From: Epiperipatus broadwayi
Taxonomy: Eukaryota > Animalia > Onychophora
Direction: 5' to 3'
Assembly: GCA_028023455.1 (NCBI GenBank)
Contig: JAQFVV010000005.1
Span: 11,346,001 to 11,410,000, forward strand
DNA: 64,000 nt
Shown: positions 14,705 to 27,309 of the stretch, piece after piece
How positions within the stretch are numbered: the first letter of the stretch is position 1
How the letters are laid out: every line of letters begins with the position of its first letter
The notes under the pieces: generated by a model
Told to the model about the DNA's origin: nothing
The model's database searches: none
Seen by the model: only the letters and a program-made list of their open reading frames with translations
Position numbers and translations under genes: made by a program

Positions 14705-14938
14705 GCTGCAGAACCACCAAGAAGCCTGCAAGTGATAAATTTCTATGAAAAAATGGCTGAAATCATCGATGGACACCCCCCCCCAAAGACTGAAATCATC
14801 GATGGACAAAAAAAAAAGGCTGATATCGATAAAAAAAAAAGAAAAATCGCTGAAATTGATGGCCAAAAAAAAAAAAACCAAAAACAAACAGTACATTTTT
14901 TCAAATATCACGTGCAGGCTTCTTGGTTGTTCTGCAGC
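14705..14938. mobile_element. MITE-like element with 33-bp inverted repeats and internal CTGAAATCATCGATGGAC sub-repeats
   Basis: 14705-14737 vs the reverse complement of 14906-14938 gives 31/33 matches. Internal units are separated by poly-C/poly-A runs. Confidence 0.7.
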
Positions 14939-15989
14939 GTCACCTGGTGGCCATAATACGCGTAACCAAACACTACTTTTAAAATATATAAAAAAAATTT
15001 TGCTTCCATATGCTTTTTAAAAGAATTTTTAAAGAATTGTTTTTTCCCATCCAGTTAGTATGTTGAATCAATTGATAAAAAATTAATTATGAAAAATGTG
15101 TTTAACAAACACTGATTTTAATATAATTATTTTAAAGCATTTACAAATTATGCTCATATTTTTTTTTTTTGTTTAGGTTGGCAGCAATTTTTTTGTGATC
15201 ACAGTGATTGTATTTGGAAAGGAAGTTTAAACAAATGCTGTTCAAATATGTCCCCATTTGATTTATTAGATTGGATTATGGAAAGAAGGAAATGCTTTAC
15301 AAATATGCCCCACTTTGATTCATTAGATTGGATTGTGGAAAATAGGACCAATCTAGGTTTACATTTGGAGATATTAGTCACACCTTAATTATTTTTTAGA
15401 AAAAAAAAAATCACTTGATAATCATTATGCATTTCTATATGGGTAAATATTTTTTGTGATTAAGAAAAGTATTACTACTTATGTCTTAAAATTATTTTAC
15501 AAAATAATTAGCAGTAAATTTTATGTAATCAACATTAAGATTAATTATAACTGCTAATAATATAGTTGATTAATTTATCATTTAAAAGATAAAGGTTAGC
15601 TCTGAAATCCATTTAGTTTGCCTATATACAAATCTTCCTTAAAAGAATATCTATCTTCATTAGAGATTTAGATGAAAATAGTGTGTTCTGAATGAAATAA
15701 TTTAAAATTATTGGTTTGAATTTAAAATCGATGTCATGGATTTGTCAATTAGGACAAAATATCTTCTAAAAAAATTAAAAAAAAGATTCAATACAGCTTA
15801 TCCTTGAATGATCATTATTTATAGTAGCCACTTATAAATGTATTTGGGCATTTTAATTTAAAAAAAGGAAAAACAAGTATTAAAAATGAATTTTGCAATG
15901 ACTACAAATATAACTACATTATCACATGCTTGCCATTTGGTTTCCATAAATTCATCATAAAAACAAATTTCAAATTTTACTTCAAGTAT

Positions 15990-16460
15990 TTTTAATTAAA
16001 TAAATGCATTTATGAAAATGAAAAAAAAAAGTTCAAATTTTGCTTATATGATTTTAAAACTATACAGATAAATTACAATTTCATAAAAGAAATCATTTTG
16101 GACAAAAAGTATTTTGGTGCAATCTCTGTGTTTGAGTAAAATATATTTTTAAAATTTTTGAAAGAATGTGAGAAAAGTCTTCCCACTGTGATTTCTATAC
16201 TTATAAAAGTATTGCAATTTATAAATGAAACTTCATGAAAAATCACAAGAAAAAATCTTTTCCATTACAATTTTTGTCATTTTAAGACTGTTGGAAAATG
16301 TAGATTAAAAATATATTTAAAACAGAAAAACCTTTTCGATTGCAGCTCATGTGATTATAAACTGCTGCAGAACATTATTTTTTAAAAAAACATAGGAAAT
16401 TGCATTCAGATTATAAGTATTTTATGAGATTATAAGGCTGCTGGGAAAAATAAACTAGTT
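15990..16460 (+). pseudogene. Decayed upstream C2H2 zinc-finger repeats contiguous with the ZF ORF
   Basis: Frameshifted finger-like pieces (e.g. TTCCATTACAATTTTTGTCATTTTAAGACT, TGCAGCTCATGTGATTATAA) at finger spacing, interrupted by stops. Confidence 0.65.
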
Positions 16461-17657
16461 ATGCATGAAAAAACTTATATTAGAGAAAAATCTTTTCAAT
16501 GTAATTTTTGTGGTTTTAAAACTGCTCATAATAGTTATTTAAAAATACATGAAAAATCACATATAGGCAAAAAGCATTTTAATTATAGCTTATATGATTA
16601 TAAGAAGGCTGCAAAATCTAATTTAAAGTCATATGAAAATATACATAAAAGGGAAAAAACTTTCCACTGTACTATCTGTGACTATAAGACTACTATTAAA
16701 AGCAATTATAATACCCATGAAAGAACCCATACTGGAGAAAAACCTTTTCATTGCAAGTTATGTGATTATAAAACTACTCAAAATAGTAATTTAAAAATAC
16801 ATGAAAGTACACATACTGGAGAAAAATCTTTTCAGTGCAACTTATGTAATTACAGGACTGCAAGAAAATCCAGTTTAAAAAGGCATATAGAAATACATAC
16901 AAGAAATCGCAGCCTTTATGATTATCAGACTGCTACAAAAGCTAATTTAAAAAAATGTGAAAATATACATACAGAGAAAAAAAATTTCTACTGTACAGTA
17001 TGTGATTATAAGACCACTATTAAAAGCAATTTATATACACATGAGAGAACACATACAGGAGACAAACCGTTCCATTGCAAATTTTGTGATTATAAAACTA
17101 CTCAAAATAGTAATTTAAAAATACATGAAAGTACACATAATGGTGAAAAATCTTTTCATTGTGGCTTTTGTGACTACAGCACTGCCAGAAAACCCAGTTT
17201 GAGAAGACATGTAAAAATGCATACAAGAAAAATGTTTTTCCATTGTACCATGTGTGCATATAAGACTTCTGTAAAAAGTAGACTAAATATGCATGAAAGA
17301 AGAACACATACTAGAGAAAAACCTTTTCATTGTAGATGGTGTGATTATAAAACAGTGAGGAGTTGTAATTTAAAAGTACACGAGCAAACACATTCTGGAG
17401 AAAATTTTTACTTGTGCAGTTTATGTGATTCTCATAATACTTTAATAAAAGATAAAAAGTGTATTCATATAAATGATTCTTTGAAGTTTGATCAAAATAA
17501 ACAAAGAAAATACATTTCTGAAGATTCTCAAGATACTGAAATGTTTAAATGTCATTTTTGTGACTACCAAAGCACAGAAAAGAATCTTTGGGAAATCCAT
17601 ATAGCCAGTCATTTTACTGATAATGATATAATTGAAATCCTTATACGATTTACTTGA
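16461..17657 (+). CDS. Tandem C2H2 zinc-finger protein (10 intact and ~3 degenerate fingers); may be one exon or a partly decayed gene
   Basis: 398-aa open frame in AT-rich DNA with repeated CxxC-DYKT...HxxxH fingers and TGEKPF-type linkers. True start is uncertain. Confidence 0.85.
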   Translation: MHEKTYIREKSFQCNFCGFKTAHNSYLKIHEKSHIGKKHFNYSLYDYKKAAKSNLKSYENIHKREKTFHCTICDYKTTIKSNYNTHERTHTGEKPFHCKLCDYKTTQNSNLKIHESTHTGEKSFQCNLCNYRTARKSSLKRHIEIHTRNRSLYDYQTATKANLKKCENIHTEKKNFYCTVCDYKTTIKSNLYTHERTHTGDKPFHCKFCDYKTTQNSNLKIHESTHNGEKSFHCGFCDYSTARKPSLRRHVKMHTRKMFFHCTMCAYKTSVKSRLNMHERRTHTREKPFHCRWCDYKTVRSCNLKVHEQTHSGENFYLCSLCDSHNTLIKDKKCIHINDSLKFDQNKQRKYISEDSQDTEMFKCHFCDYQSTEKNLWEIHIASHFTDNDIIEILIRFT

Positions 17658-19899
17658 CCAATCATTACATATTTTATGACAATCTCAGATAAGAATCTTT
17701 ATAGAATTTTACAGCAACTACTGAAATTTTTTTAAAATTACAATATAATAATAGTAGAAATTTATTCTTACAATTGGATAATTGCTAAGCTACATTTGTA
17801 AGAAATTGATCAAGAAGGTATTTGTTATAAGAAAAAATTATTGTGATGTTCAAACTTAATACATTTAAAATTTTGGAATATACTTTGCTTTATTTAGTGC
17901 TGTAAATTTGTAATGTTACATTTACATTTATGTAAAGGTAAGCATTTTTCTTTTTATGGAATATACTATATAATGTATGAAAGCTTGCATATATTTAAAA
18001 GTACACAATTGTAGTATGTTGCAATTAATTCTCTAAGTAATAAAAAAAAAAAGATTTGCAATGTGTCATTTACTTAAGCCTTGTAATTACCTACTTTCAG
18101 CAATCTTCTGGATAAATTCAACTGTTGATGCCAATACAATATTATTATATTTTTAGATTTATTATGTGTGAGATCACGATATAGTTATATAATATTTTTG
18201 TGTTATTTTGTGTAAATATTATAGGAGTATGTTAATATCTGAGTTATTAGTTCATTCACGTTATAAAGAGGGTTTTGGTGTGGTGTGAGAAAGGGGGGGG
18301 GGACTTACCTTCATTGTCAATTTAATGGGGATATCTAAAATAGAATCTTGGTGCCTAATAAAAAACAAATTTAAACTATTAAAGATGACAATAGCTAGTT
18401 ATAATTAGGACTGTATTACCTGGGAAATATACTACGCTTATGCTAAAATTAAAAATGGTTAATAACCACAACCTAGATTAGGTGTGGACATGGGAGGTAA
18501 CGGATATATCTTTAACAGATATATATAAGCTAATCTTACGGCCTTTCATGTCTAATAAATATCGTTAGACATATATAAAACAGTACAATATTAATGGTAA
18601 GATTTGTAAAAAGAAATAAAGTTGATTAAAATTTTTATCCCAAATGTAATTATATAAAGCATAATATTTAGTAATTTTGTTTCAACTTTAACACTTTGAA
18701 ATAAATCAAATGAAAACTATTTAATATAAATAAGATTCAAGCCTGTTTTGATTTGTAATTAATGGTAATGGAATTTGGTACAACCAATGAAAGATTGCTT
18801 TGAATCTGACCTATCATAGTTCACAGTTAAGAATTTTAATCTTAATTAAATAAAATTATAAAAGTTCGCAAAATGCTGTCATTTATAATAATAATGTTTT
18901 TAATTGTGAATTATCAATCGTAGTTTCAGTTCTATACTCTAGTAAATACTGAAATTCTCTTCTGTATATACCACAGTTTTAATATGCGTCTTTAAAATGA
19001 GTAACAAACACCAATTTATTTCATCATAATACTAGTCAATATATTCTAGATTTATCTTATCCTTCATAAAGAGTAACCTGAAAACCACTTCTAGGTCGCT
19101 GATGCAATGAAAACAAAATTGGACATCATATACTGAAATATTATTGTCTGAACACAAAGACTGAATCTTTCCCAGTACCCACAGGATCTTATTGGCAACG
19201 TATAATGTTTTTATTTCTAAAATAACTTTATTAAAACAATTACAAATGGTATACTATAGGCATAATTAATAATTACCTGATAACATCATGGTAAAAAATG
19301 ACAAATTTTTTGTATGTGTGATAGCTTTTTAAATTTTATATGAACTATATCTTTAAAAAAATCCAGACAAAAATAATTTTCTTACATTTTCAGGTTTTTA
19401 GAAACCTGTGATAAAACTCAGAAAAACAGTACTGAAGCTAAAACAGATATTTTAAAGTCACAATATTTTTATTTTATGACTATAATATCAATAATGTATA
19501 TTCATTAATTTTTTTAATTAAATATGATTACATGTCAATCATTCTTTATGTAAAAAGTTCAAACTCTGTATATTTTATGTAATTTTTTATCATAATTTAA
19601 TATTCAATAAAGATTTGTTTACTTTTGTGTACTTGTTATTGGTACGAATTTCATTCTGCATATATGAGAAATTATTGGTGGAATTACTATTTTAAGAGCA
19701 GTATTGGTTCAGCAACCAATAAATTTTTGTAATTATTGATAAATTATACTCTTTGAACCATTTAATAATCAACTTTTCAATTTCAAGAATTAAAATATTT
19801 TCTATTAAATGTATTTATACTGCTAAAAACTTTGTTTATGTACTATTACTAATAGTTGAATGTAAATGAAAAATTTAAATATATTATTAAGTATTGAAT

Positions 19900-21440
19900 G
19901 CCTTCAGAAAAAATTTTAAATTTTATTTAAATTTTCCAATTACATTCAACTATTAGTTATTATAAACACAAGTTTTCAAGTGGTCTTCTCATTTCTTCAG
20001 TTGTTGCTGGCCTGACCAGCAATGGTATACAACAGAGCCATTCTGCAAAAATCAGTATTCATTAGAAATTTCACATAATTATCTACAAGGTTTCTCCTAA
20101 TTTCTCCATCTTTTCTAAGAGCAAAGTTAAATAGTGGCAACCATGTATTATCCCACTAGGTCGACTTATGGATTTATTTGTTATTGTCATATAAATAGCT
20201 TTTTTTTAAATTTTCTTCTTTGTACTTTTTCCTTTCTAATCTTTTTGTATTTTCCCAATTAAATATATATCTATTGGTAAATGCATGTTCTACCACTTTA
20301 AACACGTGTTTTCTCTTTTCTAATCATTAGTTTGCATTCTTTTGATAACTTTTTAGTGGAGCAACTGATCTCACCAATATACATTCTTCCACAATCACAT
20401 GGTATTTTATAAATGCAGTTTTTATGTTTCAGCATTTCAACTTTGGACTGTGTAGATATTTGAATTTCTTACAGTTTTGTATGGCTCTAGATGTTTTTGT
20501 GGCAAGACTCCCTCATAGTAAAAACAAAACTATAGTTTACAGAAAACCCATACATAGAGGAAAATACTTAACATATACATCCAATCATACCAGAACACAA
20601 AACATGGAATTATACTATCACTAAAAGATCTACATAAAACAGACTCTAGTAAAGAATGGTTATCAAAAGCTAAATAGACAACAAAAAGTAACATGAAAAG
20701 AAAAAATTATTGATACTGTGGTGGGTCCATATATACTAGGAAAGCAGACAAATTAAAAAAAAATGTGCAATCAATATAATTTCAAAACAGTTTTCCAGAG
20801 TCGTGCTACATTTTGAGGAAATACAAAGCCCAAACTTGAAATGACTAAAAAAACAAAAATGGCATATATGAAATATGTAAATGTGAAAAGATGTGTATTA
20901 GTGAGATCAGTCATCCCATTGAAAAGCAATTGAAGGAGCACAAAATGATGACTAGAAAAATGAAGACATGTCTAAGTAATGATTGTGTGTATAACAAAAA
21001 AATATGTTCGATTGGAGAAATTCAAAATTAATGGGTACAGAGAAAAAAGTACACAGAAAAAAATTCAAAGAAGCTGCTTACATGACAATAGCAAATAATC
21101 CATAAGTCAACTTAGTGTGACAATATATATAAAGCCACTAATTTTCTTTGCTCTTAGGAAAAAATGTATCAATCAGGAGGAATTTTATACATAAGTATAT
21201 ATAATTTCTACTGACTACTATCTTTGGCATATTGGCCCAGTTGGTTAGAGCATTAAGTTTCACTTTTTAAAAATCTAAATATCCAGGTTTGATTCTCATG
21301 CTATTAATATCACTGGTTAGTCCAGCAACACCTCAAGAAGAGAGGAGAATAGTACCAATCAAAATTTATATGTACTAGTATGTCTGCTATTACTAACAGT
21401 TGAATGTAATTGGAAAATTTAAATAAAGTTTAAAATTTTT
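19900..21440. mobile_element. Penelope-like element relic: plus arm with post-RT region and GIY-YIG endonuclease, preceded by an inverted copy of its 3' end
   Basis: LDVFVAR...TIVYRKPIHRGKYLTYTSNH (ORF 20424-20624) and NGIYEICKCEKMCISEISHPIEKQLKEH (20858-20941). Segment ~20110-20200 is the reverse complement of ~21075-21160. Confidence 0.8.
21226..21304 (+). other. tRNA-derived (SINE-head-like) sequence in the PLE 3' region; not a functional tRNA
   Basis: A-box-like TGGCCCAGTTGGTTAGAGC, B-box-like GGTTTGATTC and GGCAT/ATGCT acceptor-like pairing. Anticodon and T arms are defective. Confidence 0.45.
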
Positions 21441-21499
21441 TTAAAGACCCTCAATATTTAATATCAGATGATGGAAATAGTTCAACATTTAAGTACATC

Positions 21500-23060
21500 T
21501 AAAATACCATGACATAAACCTTTTTAAGCAAACATTTCCTATAAAGTTTTAATCTATAAAAACCAAATAATTCATAAGGTTTGTATAAGAATGACAAATT
21601 GCCATGCCAATACTTATTAAGCCCAAGCATCAAGCGAATTACTGTATCATGTAACTTTAAAAATATATACAGTCTTATGACCTTCCTATTGCAAAGTTTT
21701 CAAGATTGTATGCAAACCAAAGAAATCCATCCCTTGAACTTAATCATCAGTTTTATAGAAACTAAACAATTTGTTGTAGATATTCTAAAATTAATCTTAT
21801 TGTAGAATATTTTTTACATAAATATTAATTTAGAGTTAAGAGTGAGAAACATGATTGGATGAAAGTCAACATCTTTTTATACTTTTATTGTTTTTAAAAG
21901 AAGTATTTTTATGTATAACATAATCTTTGTGGAATTTTTTTAACAGTCATCTTTCCATGTTTTTCTTCTTTAGCTGTTTCACTTAAAAATACAGTTCATC
22001 TATTCAAAAATCTTTTCAAGATCAATAGAATAACAGTAATTTTTTTTTTATCTTATTGCATACGTTATCCTATTTTTTGTAAAAAATGTTTAATCTTCTA
22101 GAAATATTTCTATTTAATTGTCTATCCAACAATTAGTAATACATGAAATTAAACATACTTTAAAATCTTTACATTTTATTACATTACATCATTGATTTTG
22201 GTCAAATGAACCTGTGAAAGAAAATTCATTAGTTATACAAATACAGTTCCATTCTAATATTTCAATGAATTTTTTGAGTTTTGCAAACTTTCTGTCATCT
22301 ATTGTTTATATAATCTTTCTTTATTTTTGCGAAGTCTATTTTATTTTATCCATCAAACTTTTTTAAAAATTAATATGCACAAAAATCTTCAAACTGTTTA
22401 ATATATTGTTTTATATTCAGAACTGACCACTCATTTTATTGATAATGACTTCTTTAATATCTCTGCATTGGTTGTTATTGCATTTATCATTTTCTGAATG
22501 AAACTCTTGAATTCCTATCCTAAATCTGGTTATTATTTTGTCAATGCATTTTTTTTGTATTTTGGTAATTTTTCTAATTATTCAACTTCTCACATAAGTT
22601 TACTTATGTCTCAGTATTCCCAGATTCAATCCAATTAATTCAGGAAACATAAACTATCTATCTCTTTATTGGAAATTTGATTTACGAAAATAAATGTCTC
22701 TATCTAATATATATTTGATTTTTCTTGATTCAGCAATAATGGTAAACCTACTTTCCAATTATTAATTAGCTGATTGCTCTTTGTCTATGATCAACATTTC
22801 TACTTTTATTTAAACCTCTTAGTTCTGTTTTAGTTTTCAATGAAGATCTTATTCAACATTTTTTTTTGTTAATTGTTTTTAATAAAATCATTAATTGAAT
22901 GAACCTTAAGCAAAGCTAGCAGATTATAATCAACCAGCATTTTAATTTTTTGACAAATCCTTGATCAATTGCTGAAATACAATTGGATCTCAAGACTTTT
23001 CTTAATGATGTCATAAATGAGTTTCTATTATATTCTCAATATCCTTACGCTATATAAATT
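21500..23060 (-). mobile_element. Eroded non-LTR retrotransposon fragments
   Basis: Minus strand SIDLEKIFE (RT motif A-like) at ~22000-22030 and TRFRIGIQEF...C-like C-terminal remnant at ~22450-22540. The order suggests more than one fragment. Confidence 0.45.
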
Positions 23061-23103
23061 ATAAATATTAAGTCAATTTAAAGTACAATAAAATTTTATA
23101 CTT

Positions 23104-23292
23104 ATGTAATATAGGGAGTGTATCAATAGTTCTAACAAGCTTTTATTGATAAGTGCCGAAGAGAAAGCCTATAAAATCTCTATCTAGCATTATTCCCATC
23201 CTCAGACCAATCGGTTTCGAACTTTTGGCTCACATCAGTGAAGAACTAAAACATTCATACACTAGATCTGAAATATGCTCCCTATATTACAT
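23104..23292. repeat. 189-bp cassette bounded by perfect 15-bp inverted repeats, containing an HHR motif
   Basis: ATGTAATATAGGGAG at 23104-23118 and CTCCCTATATTACAT at 23278-23292. No clear TSD. Confidence 0.65.
23199..23244 (-). ncRNA. Type I hammerhead ribozyme motif (family C), A9U variant
   Basis: Reverse complement UCUUCA CUGAUGU GAGC CAAAA GUUC GAAA CC GAUU GG UC UGAGGA. All three stems form. Confidence 0.65.
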
Positions 23293-24395
23293 TTTTGTAA
23301 TACAAGCTTAAAAAGCAAAGTCATGCAATATATGATTTGCTTTATTGAGTTTTACATTTATATTTACTGTGCCAATACTAAAAAGTTAAAAATAAATAGA
23401 GATTTTTTTTAATATTAAATGTTTTTATTTTATTTATCATGCACTAAAAGGTGAAAGAAATTAATTATTTCTTCAACCACAATTGGAGTGTTTAGATTTA
23501 ATTTGAAATAAAAGTGTGGGGGCCCAGAAATTAATGTAAGTCAATCCCTATTTTTCATAACAAGGAATTGATTTAATTTCTGGATCCTCACTCCCATGCT
23601 TTCATTTGAAGTTAAATCTAGTTCACAGTTAATGAAAGCATTTAATATAAATATTTATCTCTATATTTTTTTAAAATTACTATTATTCAGCAATACAAAA
23701 TGGCTGCATTTGTCTTTTAATAGGATAACATCATTGGCCCCCAATTATTTTTTAAGAAGATTTATTTGCATTCGGGCAAAAACATTTTTCCTCTCAACTT
23801 ATTCAAAATTATTTTTACATATATTATTATGATCTGGAAAATTTTTACAATATCCAATAATGGAAATAAAATCAATTACCACACTTCTATTGTTAAATGG
23901 AACAAAAAAAGAGCCTTTACTTAAAATTGCTTTATTCAGAGACATTTAAACAAATTTAAAATAAATGAAGTTTCAGGTCTTATTATAATCCCCCTATATT
24001 TAAGTTTCATTTATTATTAACATTTCTTTTTTCAAACTTTTCAAATTATATTTAAACTTGATAATATATTTACTATTATATGAAAAATGACATCTTGATA
24101 TAAAACGTTTTAAGAAAAAAATTAAAATAGAATAATTTTAATTATTTCTAAAATTTAGGATTTTTCAAATTACTTTAAATCTATCCATAACATTAGGTAA
24201 ATTAAACATAGTTTGTCTAATTAATTTATTCAAAATAAATGGCTTAAACTTTTCACATAAAGGAAAGAAAATTATTTTTTTAATCTAATCTAATTTTAAA
24301 TGAAATTGGAAAAATATTATAAAGCTTATAATGCTTAAAAAAATTGACTTAAACCTTTAAAGATTCTATTTTATTAAGACATATTAAGTAATTTT

Positions 24396-25744
24396 GGCAC
24401 CAATTTAGAGTTCACACTCTGCCATTTTAAATTGTAAGGACTTCCCAAAACCACTGCTGACACATCCAAATGATAAATGACATCGAATAATCTACATGTG
24501 TTTGCAATATGACCATTCATTACAAAATCACAATTTACATCAGTAATTAAAAAATTAAAGTGCAAATTTCATAGCTTGATCAAATCACATGACTAAAATA
24601 TACAGAATATAAAAAATGGGAGGAATGAATAAATTTCAAAATACTGAAAGCTTATAATTTCTAAAATACTTAAAAAGTGAATGAAAAAAAATAATGAACA
24701 TATATATTAATTAAAAAAAAAGGAAAGCTTTGTATCATCAAAAACATCTCCCTTTCTGTATACTTCAGCACAAAGCACCATCATTAACAAATTTTGTTAC
24801 AATATATGTCCATAACCACATGTTAAATAAACAAATTGATCCAATCACACTTATAATTTCGAAATACTAAAAGCTTATAACTTCTAAAATACAAATTTTA
24901 TTATAATATAGGTCCCTAACCACATGTTGAAATAAGGTAAATATTGAATAAATGTATTAACAACTGCCGAAGCATATTAATTCTACAATTAGTGATAAAT
25001 CACATTTTATCTTAACATTAGCTGAAAGAATAATTGACTAAAGTAAAGAATATTAATTTTACAATTAATAAATCATATTTTTTCTTTACCAAAGCGAGTA
25101 CTGTTGTGTGCTCTATTTCTCACATATCATTAGGAAGAAAAAGATGAGAAAAAGTTAGCATTGTTCACATGTATCAATTTCAAGAGATTGTAAGGACCTC
25201 ACATGATCAAGTGTAAATCCAATATCCATGTCAGGAGATCAAATGTGAACAACACTATTTCTTTTTATCTCCATTTTTTTCCTAACTGCATGTAATAAAG
25301 AGAGCATGCAACATCAGTTTTTTCTGGTAAGAAAAAATGAGATTAATTGTAAAATTAATATACTTTCAACTTCTGTATTTTAGAAATTATAAGCTTAGAT
25401 TTGAAAAATATGGTTATAGGTATATATTGTTAAAAAAATTTGTATTTTAGAAGTTATAAGCTTTTAGTCTTTCAAATTTATACTCTTGATTTGATCAATT
25501 TTACATTTATTCAACATGTGGTTATAGGCATGTATTGTAATAAAATTTGCATTTTAGAAGTTATAAGCTTCTAGTATTTCAAAATTATAGGCTTGGTTTG
25601 ATCGAACTGATTTACAGTGCGCTCTCCACCATTTTGAATTCTAAGGACTGCCCAAAATGTCATTTATCGCTTGGATGTGTCAATGGTGGTTTTGGGCAGT
25701 CCTTAGAATTCAAAATAGAGGAGAGTGCACTCTAACTCAGCACC
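24396..25744. mobile_element. Foldback/MITE-like element with ~80-bp TIRs and nested inverted sub-repeats
   Basis: 24404-24482 is inverted at 25658-25735. Sub-repeats containing AAGCTTATAACTTCTAAAATAC (24640-24900) are mirrored at 25370-25590. Inner mirror ~25060-25350. Confidence 0.75.
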
Positions 25745-25960
25745 ATAATTTCTGCAAAAGAGAAATTATTAAACATTATTTTCCATATCCTAAAAGAAAA
25801 CAATAATACTAAAATAAAATGTACAAAATTCTTAAATAAAATAACTACTAACAAAAAATATATAATGCACTACAAAACAAATAATTTAAATTCACCAAAA
25901 ACCATAGTCAACACTGAAAATTAAATACCACCAAATGCTATACTAATAATGCTAAATAAA

Positions 25961-26152
25961 CATCACATGATCACCATTTGTTATGCTTGCTTATAACTTA
26001 CTAAAACAGGCAAAACTCTATGTACTGCCACTAATCTGGGGATATTGCATGAGTAGGCACGAGATGGGGATTTTATGCACAAGCCTTCTAGCATCTATCG
26101 ATTACTCTGACTTGCATTGAGTGACAATACATATAGAGAATTTTGCCTCTTT
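25961..26152. mobile_element. Family A insertion, short arms, HHR truncated, 14-bp TSD
   Basis: TSD TAATGCTAAATAAA at 25947-25960 and 26153-26166. Left arm is minus-sense; right arm starts inside the HHR 3' strand (TCTGGGGA). Confidence 0.85.
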
Positions 26153-26886
26153 TAATGCTAAATAAAATAAAATTAAAATACTAGCTGAAAGTAAATTTTT
26201 ACTAAAATTCTCTCATAATCAAGTGAAATTCACCTAGATAGAAACAAAATATACATACAAAACAACTAGTTCTCCCATAATTTATTTCAAACACTAACTA
26301 CCCTTAATCAAGAGATTGATTGCAATTTCTTTTTAATTCATTGTTTTTATAGTAGATAATCTCTACATTTTCAAATAATATATTTATGATCTGTATTTTG
26401 TTCATGAATATACAAAGCTGAGTAATGATACCTTTTGTTATCTATTATCTTATGAACTTTAACTCTTTCATTAAGACTTAATTTACTTTGAACCTATATG
26501 TTTTACAACAGTAAGGTATCTGGTAAATTACTATCAATTGACTTGAGCTATTTAATAATGAATTTAAATCAAAGCCTTTCTTCCAAGCAACTGTAATACT
26601 ATGCAATAAATTATTTCTATCATTTAATTATTCAAAAAGATCCATTGATTTTTTGAATAGATTGAATGCTTTTGCTTTTAATATTAATTTTACTATTGAG
26701 GGGGGGGGGTACTTTAGTTTTGTTAAATTAAAATTTTTAGATTTAAGTATTGATAAAGTTGATATTTTATTTTAATCATTTTAATAAACATCAAAAATTA
26801 AGAAATATAATAAGGTCCTGACAGTTATCAGTATTTTATTTATAAGAAAAATTTCTTTATTAAACTTTTTATTAAAAGAATCTTAA

Positions 26887-27289
26887 GTAATATTTACCGA
26901 GGCTGTAACCTCGAGAATATGCGTGTAAAATGGATAGTAGGGACCTCTACAGGTGTTTAACCACAAGCTTACGCTATGGAAGAAAAGAGGGGAACCCTTC
27001 TTTACTTCAACCTACTTTCTATTTAAATAGGTGAAGCTGAAGTGGTTAGATCTGCGAGCATGAAGCTATTCAATACATCACTGATTAAGTCCACATTTCT
27101 TATTACACATTAATACTCGCGAAATCTTTCGATTTATGAGTCAATGGAAAGATTTTATAGTTAGAAATCTATTACAGTAATTTAAAGTTGTAATTATAAA
27201 TTTATTAAACGCACATTGATTACATAAGTAATATTTACCGATGCTATAAATATTACTTACGTAATGAATGTGCGTTTAATAAATTTATA
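26887..27289. mobile_element. Family D insertion: 341-nt unit with terminal redundancy plus short inverted arm, 16-bp TSD
   Basis: TSD ATTAAAAGAATCTTAA at 26871-26886 and 27290-27305. GTAATATTTACCGA occurs at 26887 and 27228. 46-bp hairpin 27192-27237/27247-27292 with 2 mismatches. Confidence 0.75.
27075..27140 (+). ncRNA. Degenerate hammerhead-like motif (family D)
   Basis: CTGATTA (G8 lost) ... GAAA TC TTTC GA T. Stems I and II are only partly formable. Confidence 0.25.
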
Positions 27290-27309
27290 ATTAAAAGAAT
27301 CTTAATAAT

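Noticed and set aside
17098-17307. Antisense ORF inside the zinc-finger gene
   Set aside because: It is a shadow frame of the repetitive ZF coding sequence.
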